Source: Azolla caroliniana
Lineage: Eukaryota; Plantae; Polypodiophyta
Assembly: GCA_043228905.1 (NCBI GenBank)
Contig: JBHGNT010000016.1
Coordinates: 2,852,001-2,916,000, forward strand
Length of the DNA stretch: 64,000 nucleotides
Direction of reading: 5' to 3'
In this document: in pieces, positions 10,084-19,785 of the stretch
Layout of the letters: every line of letters begins with the position of its first letter
Position numbering within the stretch: the first letter of the stretch is position 1
Translations under genes and position numbers: made by a program
Notes under the pieces: generated by a model
What the model saw: the letters and a program-made list of their open reading frames with translations, nothing else
What the model was told of the DNA's origin: nothing
Databases searched by the model: none

Positions 10084-12227
10084 TCTCGGTTATCGGAACC
10101 GAGGGAGTCGCGGTTACGCTCGTGGTTCGGCCTAACCGTCAAGAACTGGACCGAATGGCGCCCGTCCTGGCTCTTGACCCGCGCATAGGCCGAACCGTTG
10201 TCCAGCACCTTGGTCTCCATTCGAGCCGCCGTGATGTACGGCTCTCCCAGTATGACGGTGTGCGATGACGACTCCTGCACGAAGAAGTGCTGGTCTATCT
10301 CGACATCGCCGATCTTGACCCGTACATTCGGGCAGGCCCCGTGAAGTTCCTCGGTGGCGCGCGTCGCTGCCCTTATCTTCCACCCGTGCTTGGTGTTGAT
10401 CGGCCATTTGCCCTTCTTATAGAAGTCCATGGACATCAGGTTGATTTCCGATCCGTGGTCCACCAAAGCTACTACCGGTTCATGGACATCGCCGATCTTT
10501 ACCGGGGTTTCCGTGGTCGCTCGGGCCCAGTGTGGCCGCGAATAGTGGCTCTCCGCCCACTCGTCTTCCAGCGCCATGTCGTCCAGGTGCGTCGTTCGCA
10601 CTTCCACCGGTCTTTCCGGTTCTGTCTCCGTTGACAGCCTCTTCCGTTTCACCAAGTCCACGATGGAGTCGTGGAACTCCTTCTTGGCGATTCCCAGCAC
10701 CTCCCGTAGCGACAGCTCCACCTTGCTGTCGAGGATCCGTTCCTCCAGGACCTTTCGTAAGTCCGTGGTTCTTTCTATCTCCGTCCCCAGACGGTACCCG
10801 CCCTTCTGGGGTTTATCTGGCGTACCGGCCCCGCCGGCTTCGTCCCGTCGTGGCCCGGACCGGGTCTCGTATCGTTGTGAGGGCCCGGTCGTCCCGGGTT
10901 TCCCCACCCGCTTCTCTTCTACCAGAGCCTCGTAGTTCCGGCAAGCGGCTTCCGCGAAGCCCGTCTTTTCCTCGACCGGGTCGCTCCACCCGGTCATCTC
11001 CCGTACCCGTTTCTCCGCACGGTCCGATTCCTCCCTTTTAAGCCCTGCACCGGCAAGGCCTTCCAGCATCGTCGGCCAGAATCCGGCTTTGCTTTCCTTT
11101 CGGGCCTCGCCGCCCCCGACTCGAATGCCGGCCGACGCCGAGTAGTGGACGGTTTCCGCATGTCGGGCCGCCGCCTCTTCCATCAACCTCTTCATTCCGC
11201 CTCGCCCGTCGTTTCGGTTTAGGGCCCTTCTCGTGTCGTTGGCGTGAACCCGGCCTTCCCATAGGTACACCACCCGGTTCCTCAGCGCCTCTGCGAAATC
11301 GCCGCAGTCTTTTCGGATGTGGCCGACCCCGTCGCACCACATGCACCTGTTCCCTGCCGCCGGCCGTCGGTCACGAGCAGGTCCTCCGCCTTCTCTGCGG
11401 GCTTGTGCGATTTGGAGGTCTTTTATCGCCCTCGTCAGTTCCTCCAACGCAGCTCCCCCAGTCGAGCCTCCGATCACGCCGGTCGGAGCCGAACCGGATT
11501 CCAGCCACTCCCGAGTCTCTTCCCTTCGCACCGGCTGCGCCGGCTCGAGTTTCCTCGCCGCGACTGAGCCCGACCCGGTTGCTCTGTCATCCTTCCATTC
11601 TCGCCGTTTGTCGAAACGGCCGCAGGCTCTCTTGACCGCCGCCCAGTCGGCTGTCAGCCCATCTTCGGTTTCTAGCAGGGCGCCCACGTGACTCCGATCC
11701 CTCTCGTCAACCGATTTGACGAACAGCAGGACCCGGCTTGTATCCAGGACCATCCTGTCAAGCGCCGAAAGGCGCGCGAAGTTCTCCTCGAACTCCCGGA
11801 GGAGTGCCGACGCATTCCTTCCTTTCCCGGGAGACTCCACCCACTCCATGAAGCTTCGCTTCGAAAGCCGGAGCGCGTCGTCCAGTCCGTATTTTTCCAG
11901 GAGCCGCCCTTCGAACTCCTCCCAGGTACGGCTCTCCGCCCGCACCTCGAGCACCTCCGCGTGGATGCTCGGCATCGCCACTCGGGGAAAACCGGCAAGA
12001 CGCCTGTCTTCCGGAATGTCCCGCATTAACATTTCCGCACCGTAGGACGCCAGGTACTTCGTGGCATCCTTTCCGGTGAATCGACCGATCGTTCCGACGA
12101 CCGCCTCAATAGCTCTATCGAGGGCGCCGGTGCCCTCGCGCGCGCTTACTATCCGATCCACGGCCGAAGCCATGGCCTCTGCAAGATCCGCCCCCTTCAT
12201 TTCCCACTCTTCTGCCGCCTCTTTCAC
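10074..12227 (-). CDS. gag: W-B Gag-protease polyprotein
   Basis: 717-aa ORF with zinc knuckle CMWCDGVGHIRKDC and protease-like ALVDHGSEINL...VILGEPY. Confidence 0.92.
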   Translation of the reverse strand: MKEAAEEWEMKGADLAEAMASAVDRIVSAREGTGALDRAIEAVVGTIGRFTGKDATKYLASYGAEMLMRDIPEDRRLAGFPRVAMPSIHAEVLEVRAESRTWEEFEGRLLEKYGLDDALRLSKRSFMEWVESPGKGRNASALLREFEENFARLSALDRMVLDTSRVLLFVKSVDERDRSHVGALLETEDGLTADWAAVKRACGRFDKRREWKDDRATGSGSVAARKLEPAQPVRREETREWLESGSAPTGVIGGSTGGAALEELTRAIKDLQIAQARREGGGPARDRRPAAGNRCMWCDGVGHIRKDCGDFAEALRNRVVYLWEGRVHANDTRRALNRNDGRGGMKRLMEEAAARHAETVHYSASAGIRVGGGEARKESKAGFWPTMLEGLAGAGLKREESDRAEKRVREMTGWSDPVEEKTGFAEAACRNYEALVEEKRVGKPGTTGPSQRYETRSGPRRDEAGGAGTPDKPQKGGYRLGTEIERTTDLRKVLEERILDSKVELSLREVLGIAKKEFHDSIVDLVKRKRLSTETEPERPVEVRTTHLDDMALEDEWAESHYSRPHWARATTETPVKIGDVHEPVVALVDHGSEINLMSMDFYKKGKWPINTKHGWKIRAATRATEELHGACPNVRVKIGDVEIDQHFFVQESSSHTVILGEPYITAARMETKVLDNGSAYARVKSQDGRHSVQFLTVRPNHERNRDSLGSDNREDF

Positions 12228-12240
12228 GTCGGGTTCACCA
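12223..12240 (-). promoter_or_regulatory. Primer-binding site (tRNA-Trp) of W-B
   Basis: TGGTGAACCCGACGTGAA is complementary to the recalled plant tRNA-Trp 3' end UUCACGUCGGGUUCACCA. Confidence 0.85.
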
Positions 12241-12243
12241 AGA

Positions 12244-12960
12244 TGTCGGGGTTACTACGCCCTTGCGTGTAGAAAGGAGGAGGGACCACGGGGGTCTCGA
12301 ACCGAAGAGCAAGAGAGAGAGGAGTAAGAGAGAGAGACCCGATTACACAGAACCGAAGATCCGATTGCGCCGAACCGACGATTGCACAGGGACACGGCCC
12401 AACAAACAGAGATCACAAATAAACGCCGACGCAGATGGACGCAACAACGAGAGATATGTACTTATGAATGCAAGAAAATAACAGACTAAAGTATTACAAC
12501 CCACGGTGGGGCACAAAATAGATACTAACGAAAACGAACAGGGCGGCGAACAGCTGCCGACCCCTGTATGTCGCGACACACAGAAAGGGAAAACAGGTCG
12601 GAGGTGCTGCAGGACGCACTCGGGGCGTTCCACGGAACAGCGCAAGCCTCCTCGAAACCTGCACAGGTACGCGATGGAGCAGAAGACAGAGAGAGCAGGA
12701 GTGAGAGAGAAGCTCCGAAATCGGTTCGGCAGCACTTCGTCCTCTCCGCGGGAGATACCCCACTTCTAGTCTTCCTCTTCCTTTTATAGCCCGTCAAGAG
12801 GCCGTTTGGCATTAACTGCACACCAACCGAATCTACCCACCTCGGATCCCCGTATGTACCTACTTCGTCCTTAGGTACTTCTTGGCGCGCGTGTGTGTGT
12901 AGAGCCGTTTCCCACGCCTTGTTCCTCCGATTCCTCTTGCGGGCGGTTTTCTTCACGACA
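12244..12960 (-). repeat. W-B 5' LTR
   Basis: Direct repeat of 5797-6513, followed by the PBS. Confidence 0.95.
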
Positions 12961-13001
12961 ACGTTATACCCGGTTTCCGCCTAGGGACGGTTTTCTCCAC
13001 G

Positions 13002-14133
13002 TTAGTGGACTTCCGGATAGACGATCTGGAAGAAGGGGTGACAATAGGCCTACGAAGAGGCTGGGAACACGGTATGTCGGTACAACGAGAGAGGGTGTGG
13101 AGCGAGCCACCCTCTCGACTTGCGGGCAAAGAAGAGCCAAGATAAGGGTCAGAGATACGACAAGCCCAAGGAGGATCCTTCACACCGATTCTAGAGACTC
13201 CGATTGTCGGCCCGAGAGCTGGCGTGAGAGTAACGAACGGTGGCGGCAAGGGGACGAAGGCAAAGGACTAAGGGTGGGTGGTCTGCGGAGATCCTCAAAC
13301 CGTTCCGGCGGTCGGTCTGAGTGCTGGCGTGAGTCCTATAGGAGAGATCGGTCATGACAGGTGAACGTGACCAACCGAAGAGGCCGACGCAAGCGGTGCT
13401 GCAACGACCTTACACACATCGGTTCTAGACACTCTGGCAGCCGACAACGAGGTTCGACGTGAGACCTAGAGGGAAGAATGGTGGCGGCGGCAAGGCGGGC
13501 AACCGAAGACGACAGAGGGGAGGTCCCACGAGATCCTCACACCGATCCGGCGGTCGGCCCGAGTGCTGGCGTGAGTCCTATAGGAGAGATCGGTGGCGGC
13601 AGGTGAACGTGACCAACAGAAGAGGCCAACACGGAGGTCGGGACTACGGCAAGAGAAAAACGGCAAGCGGTGTTGCCGCGACCTTACACACACCGTTTCT
13701 AGAGACTCTGGTGGTCGGCCCGAGAGCTAGTGTGAGATCTAGAGTAAGGAACAATGGCGACGTCAAGGCGGTCCACCGAGACGCCAAAGGGGGGATCCCA
13801 TGGAGATCCTCACACTGATTCGGAGGTCGGCCCGAGTGCCGGCGTGAGTCCTATAGGAGAGTTCGGTGGCGGCAGGTGAACGTGATTGGATGACGAAGGC
13901 AGTGCGGCAAGGAGGTATTGGGCCGACGAGGCGGCCACAAACCACAACTGGACCTTCCGGCAAGGTCGATGGAACGAGAAGAGGAAGAGAGGCCGGTCCT
14001 ATGGGATCCACATAGCAATCCGGAGACACTGGCAGTCCAAGCCGACGTGGTAACGTGAGACCGAGTGAGAAGGATGGTGGCGGTAGGAAACGACAACCGA
14101 CGATGCAGGAAGAGTGGACCGGACCCTTACCGG
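13002..14133 (+). repeat. GC-rich modular repeat region; internal domain of W-related element G (continues at 25400-26079 and 32444-32897)
   Basis: A ~60-bp module GGTCGGCCCGAGTGCTGGCGTGAGTCCTATAGGAGAG... recurs at ~13311, ~13552 and ~13826. The pieces rejoin across the TSDs of D and E. Confidence 0.65.
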
Positions 14134-14364
14134 TGTCAAGACTGAGAGAGAGAAAGAGAGAGAAAAAGAGATAGAGAGATAATTGAAAGAGAATTATTAT
14201 ATTGAAGCGTAAAATGGATTACAAAGAGTAGGCTACAAAATGGCGTTGAACCAATTTAGGTTTGGGATGGGTGGTAGATCCCTATTTATAAGTAATAGAG
14301 AACTCTCTAGAATATTCTAGGTTATCCTAGAATGTAGAGTAATCTAGAAGATCTCTAGAGTATT

Positions 14365-15737
14365 CTAGAAGGTTCTAGTGGTATAGAACACTCTAGAATA
14401 TTGGCGATGAAATGCATTGACGAGTTCTGCAGCATTGGAAAGATTTGTGGCAGGTTCCCAAGTTCGATCATTGGGGGTATAGCCTAGCCAATCGACCAAG
14501 TAATACAACTTGTTGCGCACGATTTTAGAATCGAGAACGGCAGCAACTTCAAATTCAGGCCCGTCCAAGAACTCGACAGGTGGTGGGGGTGTCGTAAGAC
14601 GGCCCGGAATTGAACTTGTAGTATAAGGTTCCAAAAGGGATACATGAAACACCAGATGAAGATGCATGTGCGGAGGGAGGTCAAGACGAAATGCAACATC
14701 ACTTATCTTACCAGTGATCATGTAAGGGCCAAAACGTTGGTAATCCAATTTACTGCAAGGTCGAGTGGTCTTGATGTTGTGTTGGAGAAGCCATACATGA
14801 TCCCCAATGCGGAACTTTTTTGAGGAGTCTAAACGATGACGATCGGCAAGCCTCTTGTGTGTAAATTGAGCATCGTGCAAATTGTGGAGAATGTTAGCTT
14901 GAATTTCTTGGAGGCGACTAAGACGATCCTCGGCAGCACGGTTGGTAGGAACTTCTGGATGCGCATTCATCGTCCATCGAGGATGATAGCCCGTATTTGC
15001 GAAAAATGGGGAATATCCTGTAGAAGAATGGGCTGAGTTGTTGTAAGCGAATTCCGCCAAGTGCAAAAATGCAACCCAATCATCTTGTTGATAGTTGATG
15101 AAACAACGAAGATATTGTTCCAATGTCTGGTTGGTACGCTCTGTTTGGCCATTTGTTTCAGGATGATAGCCCGAAGAAAGCTTAACTGAAATGTGGAGAA
15201 GTTTGAATAGGTGCTTCCAAAACTTTGAGATGAATTGTGGACCACGATCACTAATAATATCATCTGGCAGACCATGATGCTTAAATACCTCCCGCATAAC
15301 GAGATCAGCCGTCTCTTGACTAGTAATCGACTTTGTACATGGCAAGAAATGTGCCATTTTGGTAAATCGATCAACCATTGTGAGAATTGCATCAAAACCT
15401 TTTGAAACTGGGAGATCAGTAATGAAGTCCAAGGATATAGACTTCCAAGGTGTTTCCTGAATGGGAAGTGGTTGTAGTAAGCCATAGGGTCGGTGACGAG
15501 GATTCTTTGATCGACAACATATATCACAACTCCGAACATACTCCTCAACAAAATGACGAAGGCGAGGCCACCAATAGCGTCGAGAAATTAATTCTATGTG
15601 AACTCCAAAATGACCAGCCATTGGTGAGTCATGGCAATGTTGCAAAACTTGTAGCCATGGGGGACCATCAGGAACATACAATAAATTTTGTCGAAATAGA
15701 AAACCATCATGCCAATAGAACTGACAATAGTCATTAC
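14365..15737 (-). pseudogene. pol: Element D integrase plus chromodomain (3' part of pol)
   Basis: Motifs HDSPMAGHFG, SLDFITDLP, ISDRG, TNGQTER, FGPY, EFEVAAVLDS..YLVDWLGY..TWEP. Confidence 0.9.
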
Positions 15738-15870
15738 TGTCAGGAACTCTATTAAGGCAGAGAAGGAATTAGTACTAAAAGAAGGATTAGTACTATTGTT
15801 GGGGAATAGTACTAAGACAGAGAAGGATTAGTACTATGAGAGGTGTCGAACTTTGAGAGAAGGAATGAGT

Positions 15871-15906
<36 letters not shown>

Positions 15907-16196
15907 TGATGCGAAAGATATATGTATTATATGACGGAAGATATACAACAGTAGTTAGAAGGCTTAAGACTGGCGTTGAACCGATTTGGTTCGAACTAAT
16001 GCCTTGCGCCTCCTTTTATAGTGTCTTCAGGAATACTCCTGAAGTTTCTAGAATGTTCCAGAGAAATCTGGAATATACATCAATTTCCTAATAAAACCTA
16101 AATGAAAATAATATCCTTCAAATTACAACTCATAACCTAATGGTAAAGTCTCGACCCGTGTAACAAAAGGTTATGGGTTCGAGTCTAGTTATGACA
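15738..16196 (-). repeat. Element C 3' LTR
   Basis: TGTCA..TGACA termini; repeat of 21031-21487. Confidence 0.95.
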
Positions 16197-19100
16197 CTAT
16201 CCCCCCTTTAAAACGACGAGTTTCACGAGTCGTTTTGGATTGAGGACCCGGTTTCTCGGGATATCGTCGATGGAAGTCTTCTAGAAGAGCACGAGCATTG
16301 GTCACATTCTCGATCGGTTCCCAAGTACGCTCGCTGGGACTATATCCTAGCCAATCGACTAGATAGTAGAGCTTGTTGCGAACAATCTTGGAATCGAGGA
16401 TGGCAGCGACCTCATACTCAGGTCCATCTTCGAGCTCGATAGGAGGTGGAGGTTGTATAGTACGTCCTGGGATAGTGCTCTCGTGATAGGGTTCGAGGAG
16501 AGAACTATGAAACACCGGGTGTATCCGAAGTTGCGGAGGTAGCTCGAGACGAAAAGCGACATCATTAATCTTCCCGATAATACGGAAAGGACCTAATCGT
16601 CGATAATCCAACTTCTCACATGGGCGAGTAGTCTTGATGTGTCGTCGTAGCAGCCACACCCGATCTCCAATGTTAAAACTGGATGGAAGTCGATGACGAT
16701 CTGCGTAGTCCTTGTGTGATTGTTGAGCTTGCTGGAGTTGAGTAGATAAATCCGCTTGTATCTTGCGTAACCGCTCCAAACGATCCTCCGCGCAAGGATT
16801 TGTGGACACTTCTGGGGTTTCAAGGACACACCACCGGGGATGATATCCCGTATAAGCGTAGAATGGCGTGACTTTAGTCGATGCGTGGATAGCGTTATTA
16901 TAGGCAAATTCGGCGAACTGAAGAATATCTGCCCAGTCATTCTGATGATAGTTGAGAAAGCACCGCAGATACTGCTCCAGTGTTTGATTTGTTCGTTCGG
17001 CTTGACCGTCGGTTTGTGGGTGGTAGCCGGAGGAGAGGTTACAAGTGACCTTTAGCATTTTAAAAAGGTGCTTCCAGAATTTTGACACAAACTGGGGTCC
17101 ACGATCGCTGATGATATTATCAGGGAGTCCATGATGCCGACATACTTCCCGCATGACAATTTCGGCGGTGTCTTCACTAGATATTTCTTTAGTACATGGT
17201 AAGAAATGAGCCATCTTCGTATATCGATCCACCACTGTGAGAATCGCACTGAATCCCTTAGAGACTGGAAGATCTGTAATGAAGTCAAGAGCAATGGATT
17301 GCCATGGCTTGCTTGGAATTGGTAATGGTTCTAATAAACCAGATGGATGATGTCTTGGCATTTTCGCTCTGCAGCATGTATCGCAAGTCCGAACAAAATC
17401 TTCGACAAATTGTCGCATACGGGGCCACCAGAATGATCGTTGTACTAAATCTAATGTTTTAGTACTACCAAAATGTCCTGCTGTATATGTGTCATGGCAG
17501 TTTTGTACTACTCGAAGGCGGCAAGAACCATTAGGAACATACAAAAGTTCTTTAAAGAAGAGTAATCCATCACAGTATTTGAATTGCCGATAATCCGTAC
17601 CTGGTGATTGTGATTGTGAACATGACGCTCGAGAGGGGTCAATTTGTGCTATTATAGCTTGGGCGAAAGCGTCAGTCTTCAAGTCCTCACGTATAGTATT
17701 GGTAATGTCGGAATCCACGGGCATGTCAAAGATCTCTGCTGCTTGCAGTCGTGCTGGACCCAAGATTACTTGCTTCTGGTTATCGAAAGCTGGCTCACCG
17801 GGACGTGGTGTTAGATACGAACGCCGTGATAATGCATCTGCCTTCCCTTGGTGCTTCCCCGGACGATATGTAATTTTGAAGTCGAAGCGTGTGAGGAAGT
17901 GGGCCCACCGAGCTTGACGTCGATTCAGTACACGAGCATCTTGAAAGTAGGCAAGGTTCTTGTGGTCACTGAATACAGTGACCTGATGAGGAGATCCCTC
18001 CAGGAAATGCCTCCATTGCATAAAAGAATCAACTATTGCTAATAGCTCTTTATCATGAATTTCGTAGTTGATTTCGGCGGCGTCAAACTTACGGGAGTGG
18101 AAAGCCACAGGATGTAGCTTCTCGTCGTTACCCTGTTGTGACAGAATGCTCCCCAATGCGAAATCCGATGCATCAGCTTCGATAATGAATGGTTTTTCCG
18201 GATCCACATGACCTAAAATTGGAGCTGATGTAAACGCCTTCTTAAGACTCTCGAAAGCCATGTCCGTCTCTTTAGACCAAATGAATGATTGTCCCTTCCT
18301 GGTGAGCTGTGTGAGAGGCAGCACAATTTTTGAGTAATTTTGTATGAACTTTCGGTAGAAATTTGCAAAGCCTAGGAAGCATTGCACATCCCGCACCGAA
18401 CGCGGAGTGTGCCATTCTATCACCGTTTTGACCTTGGCTGGGTCCATAGATATGCCTTCTGAGGAGATGACATAGCCGAGAAACTCCACTTGGTTGCACC
18501 CGAAACTACATTTCTCTAACTTTGCATACAGACCATGTTCTCGAAGTCGTTTTAGTACTAATAGTACATGAGAATCATGTTCTTCTTGGGTCTTTGAATA
18601 AACCAGTAGATCATCCAAATAGATGATCAAAAAATCATCCAAGAGATCTCGAAATATATCATTCGCCATGTGCTGGAAGACTGCCGGCGCATTAGTGAGT
18701 CCGAACGGCATGACCGTATACTCGAAGTGCCCATATCTGGTGCGAAACGCGGTCTTCCATTCATCTCCTGGTCGGATCCGTACGAGGTTATAGGCTCCTC
18801 GTAAGTCGATCTTCGTGAAGAACCTGGCACCGTTGATCCGTTCTAAAAGACTTGAGATAAGGGGAAGAGCATACCTATTTCTTACTGTGACCTTATTCAA
18901 GCCACGGTAATCTACAACGAGTCGAAGCGAGCCATCTTTTTTCTTGACGAAGAAAATGGGTGCGCCGGCTGGAGATTTCGAATGCCGAATGAAACCGTTC
19001 TCCAAATTCTCCTCTATATAGGCTCGAAGGACTTCTAGCTCGGTTGGTGACAAATTGTAGATCGGCCCCCATGGCGGCTCTTTTCCCGGTTGTAAGTCGA

Positions 19101-19683
19101 TGGCGCAGTCGTACGGCCGATGATGAGGAAGTGTGTTGGCTTGTACTTTATCGAACACATCAGCATACTGACGATACTTCTCGGGAAGTTGAACGGTGGA
19201 CTCCTCTTTGGTGGTGCTGGAGGGTTGTACTGATATTGCAAAGAGAAACATTTCCTCCTTGCGCCCTTCCTCACGCAACTGACGTAGCGAAATGGTTGCA
19301 ACCTTCTGGGTAGATCCTTGGGTTTGTCGCAACCGGATTTCCCTTGTCCTCCAATCTATGTCTGGGTCATGTAACTCGAACCATGGTAATCCTAAAACTA
19401 TGGGATGTTCTGGAATACTAATAATATTAAATGATACTACACATGTTAAGTTATCTAGGACAATATTAACGGGTTCCGACTCTTCTATGATATTACCAGA
19501 AGCAATGGGACGACCATCAATGACTACTACTGAGGCTGGACATGGGAGCTTTCTGAGAGATATCTGATGAGCTCGGGCAAAATTCCTATCCATGAAGCAA
19601 GAATTAGCTCCGGAATCTAGAAGGGCTAAGGTATGTACTGGAGGGGTACTTTTAGTACTAACTGCTACTTGGACTACGAACAC
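16189..19683 (-). CDS. pol: Element C Pol (PR, RT, RNase H, integrase, chromodomain)
   Basis: Motifs LLDSGA, DLRGAY, MPFGL, YLDD, ADASD, DKEL, DFITDLP, EYEVAAILDSK..WLGY..TWEP. Confidence 0.95.
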   Translation of the reverse strand: MFVVQVAVSTKSTPPVHTLALLDSGANSCFMDRNFARAHQISLRKLPCPASVVVIDGRPIASGNIIEESEPVNIVLDNLTCVVSFNIISIPEHPIVLGLPWFELHDPDIDWRTREIRLRQTQGSTQKVATISLRQLREEGRKEEMFLFAISVQPSSTTKEESTVQLPEKYRQYADVFDKVQANTLPHHRPYDCAIDLQPGKEPPWGPIYNLSPTELEVLRAYIEENLENGFIRHSKSPAGAPIFFVKKKDGSLRLVVDYRGLNKVTVRNRYALPLISSLLERINGARFFTKIDLRGAYNLVRIRPGDEWKTAFRTRYGHFEYTVMPFGLTNAPAVFQHMANDIFRDLLDDFLIIYLDDLLVYSKTQEEHDSHVLLVLKRLREHGLYAKLEKCSFGCNQVEFLGYVISSEGISMDPAKVKTVIEWHTPRSVRDVQCFLGFANFYRKFIQNYSKIVLPLTQLTRKGQSFIWSKETDMAFESLKKAFTSAPILGHVDPEKPFIIEADASDFALGSILSQQGNDEKLHPVAFHSRKFDAAEINYEIHDKELLAIVDSFMQWRHFLEGSPHQVTVFSDHKNLAYFQDARVLNRRQARWAHFLTRFDFKITYRPGKHQGKADALSRRSYLTPRPGEPAFDNQKQVILGPARLQAAEIFDMPVDSDITNTIREDLKTDAFAQAIIAQIDPSRASCSQSQSPGTDYRQFKYCDGLLFFKELLYVPNGSCRLRVVQNCHDTYTAGHFGSTKTLDLVQRSFWWPRMRQFVEDFVRTCDTCCRAKMPRHHPSGLLEPLPIPSKPWQSIALDFITDLPVSKGFSAILTVVDRYTKMAHFLPCTKEISSEDTAEIVMREVCRHHGLPDNIISDRGPQFVSKFWKHLFKMLKVTCNLSSGYHPQTDGQAERTNQTLEQYLRCFLNYHQNDWADILQFAEFAYNNAIHASTKVTPFYAYTGYHPRWCVLETPEVSTNPCAEDRLERLRKIQADLSTQLQQAQQSHKDYADRHRLPSSFNIGDRVWLLRRHIKTTRPCEKLDYRRLGPFRIIGKINDVAFRLELPPQLRIHPVFHSSLLEPYHESTIPGRTIQPPPPIELEDGPEYEVAAILDSKIVRNKLYYLVDWLGYSPSERTWEPIENVTNARALLEDFHRRYPEKPGPQSKTTRETRRFKGGIVS

Positions 19684-19740
19684 ATCACTAACTTGCTTAG
19701 AGGGAATGGAACCACTAATGGGCTACACAGATCTAGGGCT

Positions 19741-19785
19741 GTCCAACCAAACGGCTCCTATTTTGGCTGGACTTAGTCGTTTAAC
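19741..19785 (-). promoter_or_regulatory. Putative -1 frameshift signal (G_UUA_AAC, 6-nt spacer, 11-bp hairpin)
   Basis: Also present at 23678-23722 and 30052-30096. Confidence 0.78.

Larger units (their letters stand above)
5797..12960 (-). mobile_element. Full-length, apparently intact Ty3/gypsy element W-B (non-chromovirus)
   Basis: 717-bp TG..CA LTRs (one mismatch seen), ACGT TSD, PBS, uninterrupted gag-PR and pol ORFs. Confidence 0.96.
4754..13001 (-). mobile_element. Gypsy family W copy A0: gag 5' fragment (4754-5170), PBS and 5' LTR (5188-5796 plus 12965-13001), interrupted by W-B
   Basis: MRGSDLAEAISSTMDGIVSAREGTGALDRAIEA matches W gag. The LTR resumes after the ACGT TSD; its outer terminus is truncated. 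Confidence 0.82.

Noticed and set aside
6586-12227. Long antisense and alternate-frame ORFs over W elements (e.g. 8318-9253, 9359-10135, 39211-40191)
   Set aside because: Expected shadows of GC-rich coding DNA; starts and stops are not conserved between copies and no domains were recognised.
16133-16185. Functional tRNA genes in the chromovirus LTRs
   Set aside because: No acceptor stem and no consistent anticodon arm; only the promoter boxes are kept.
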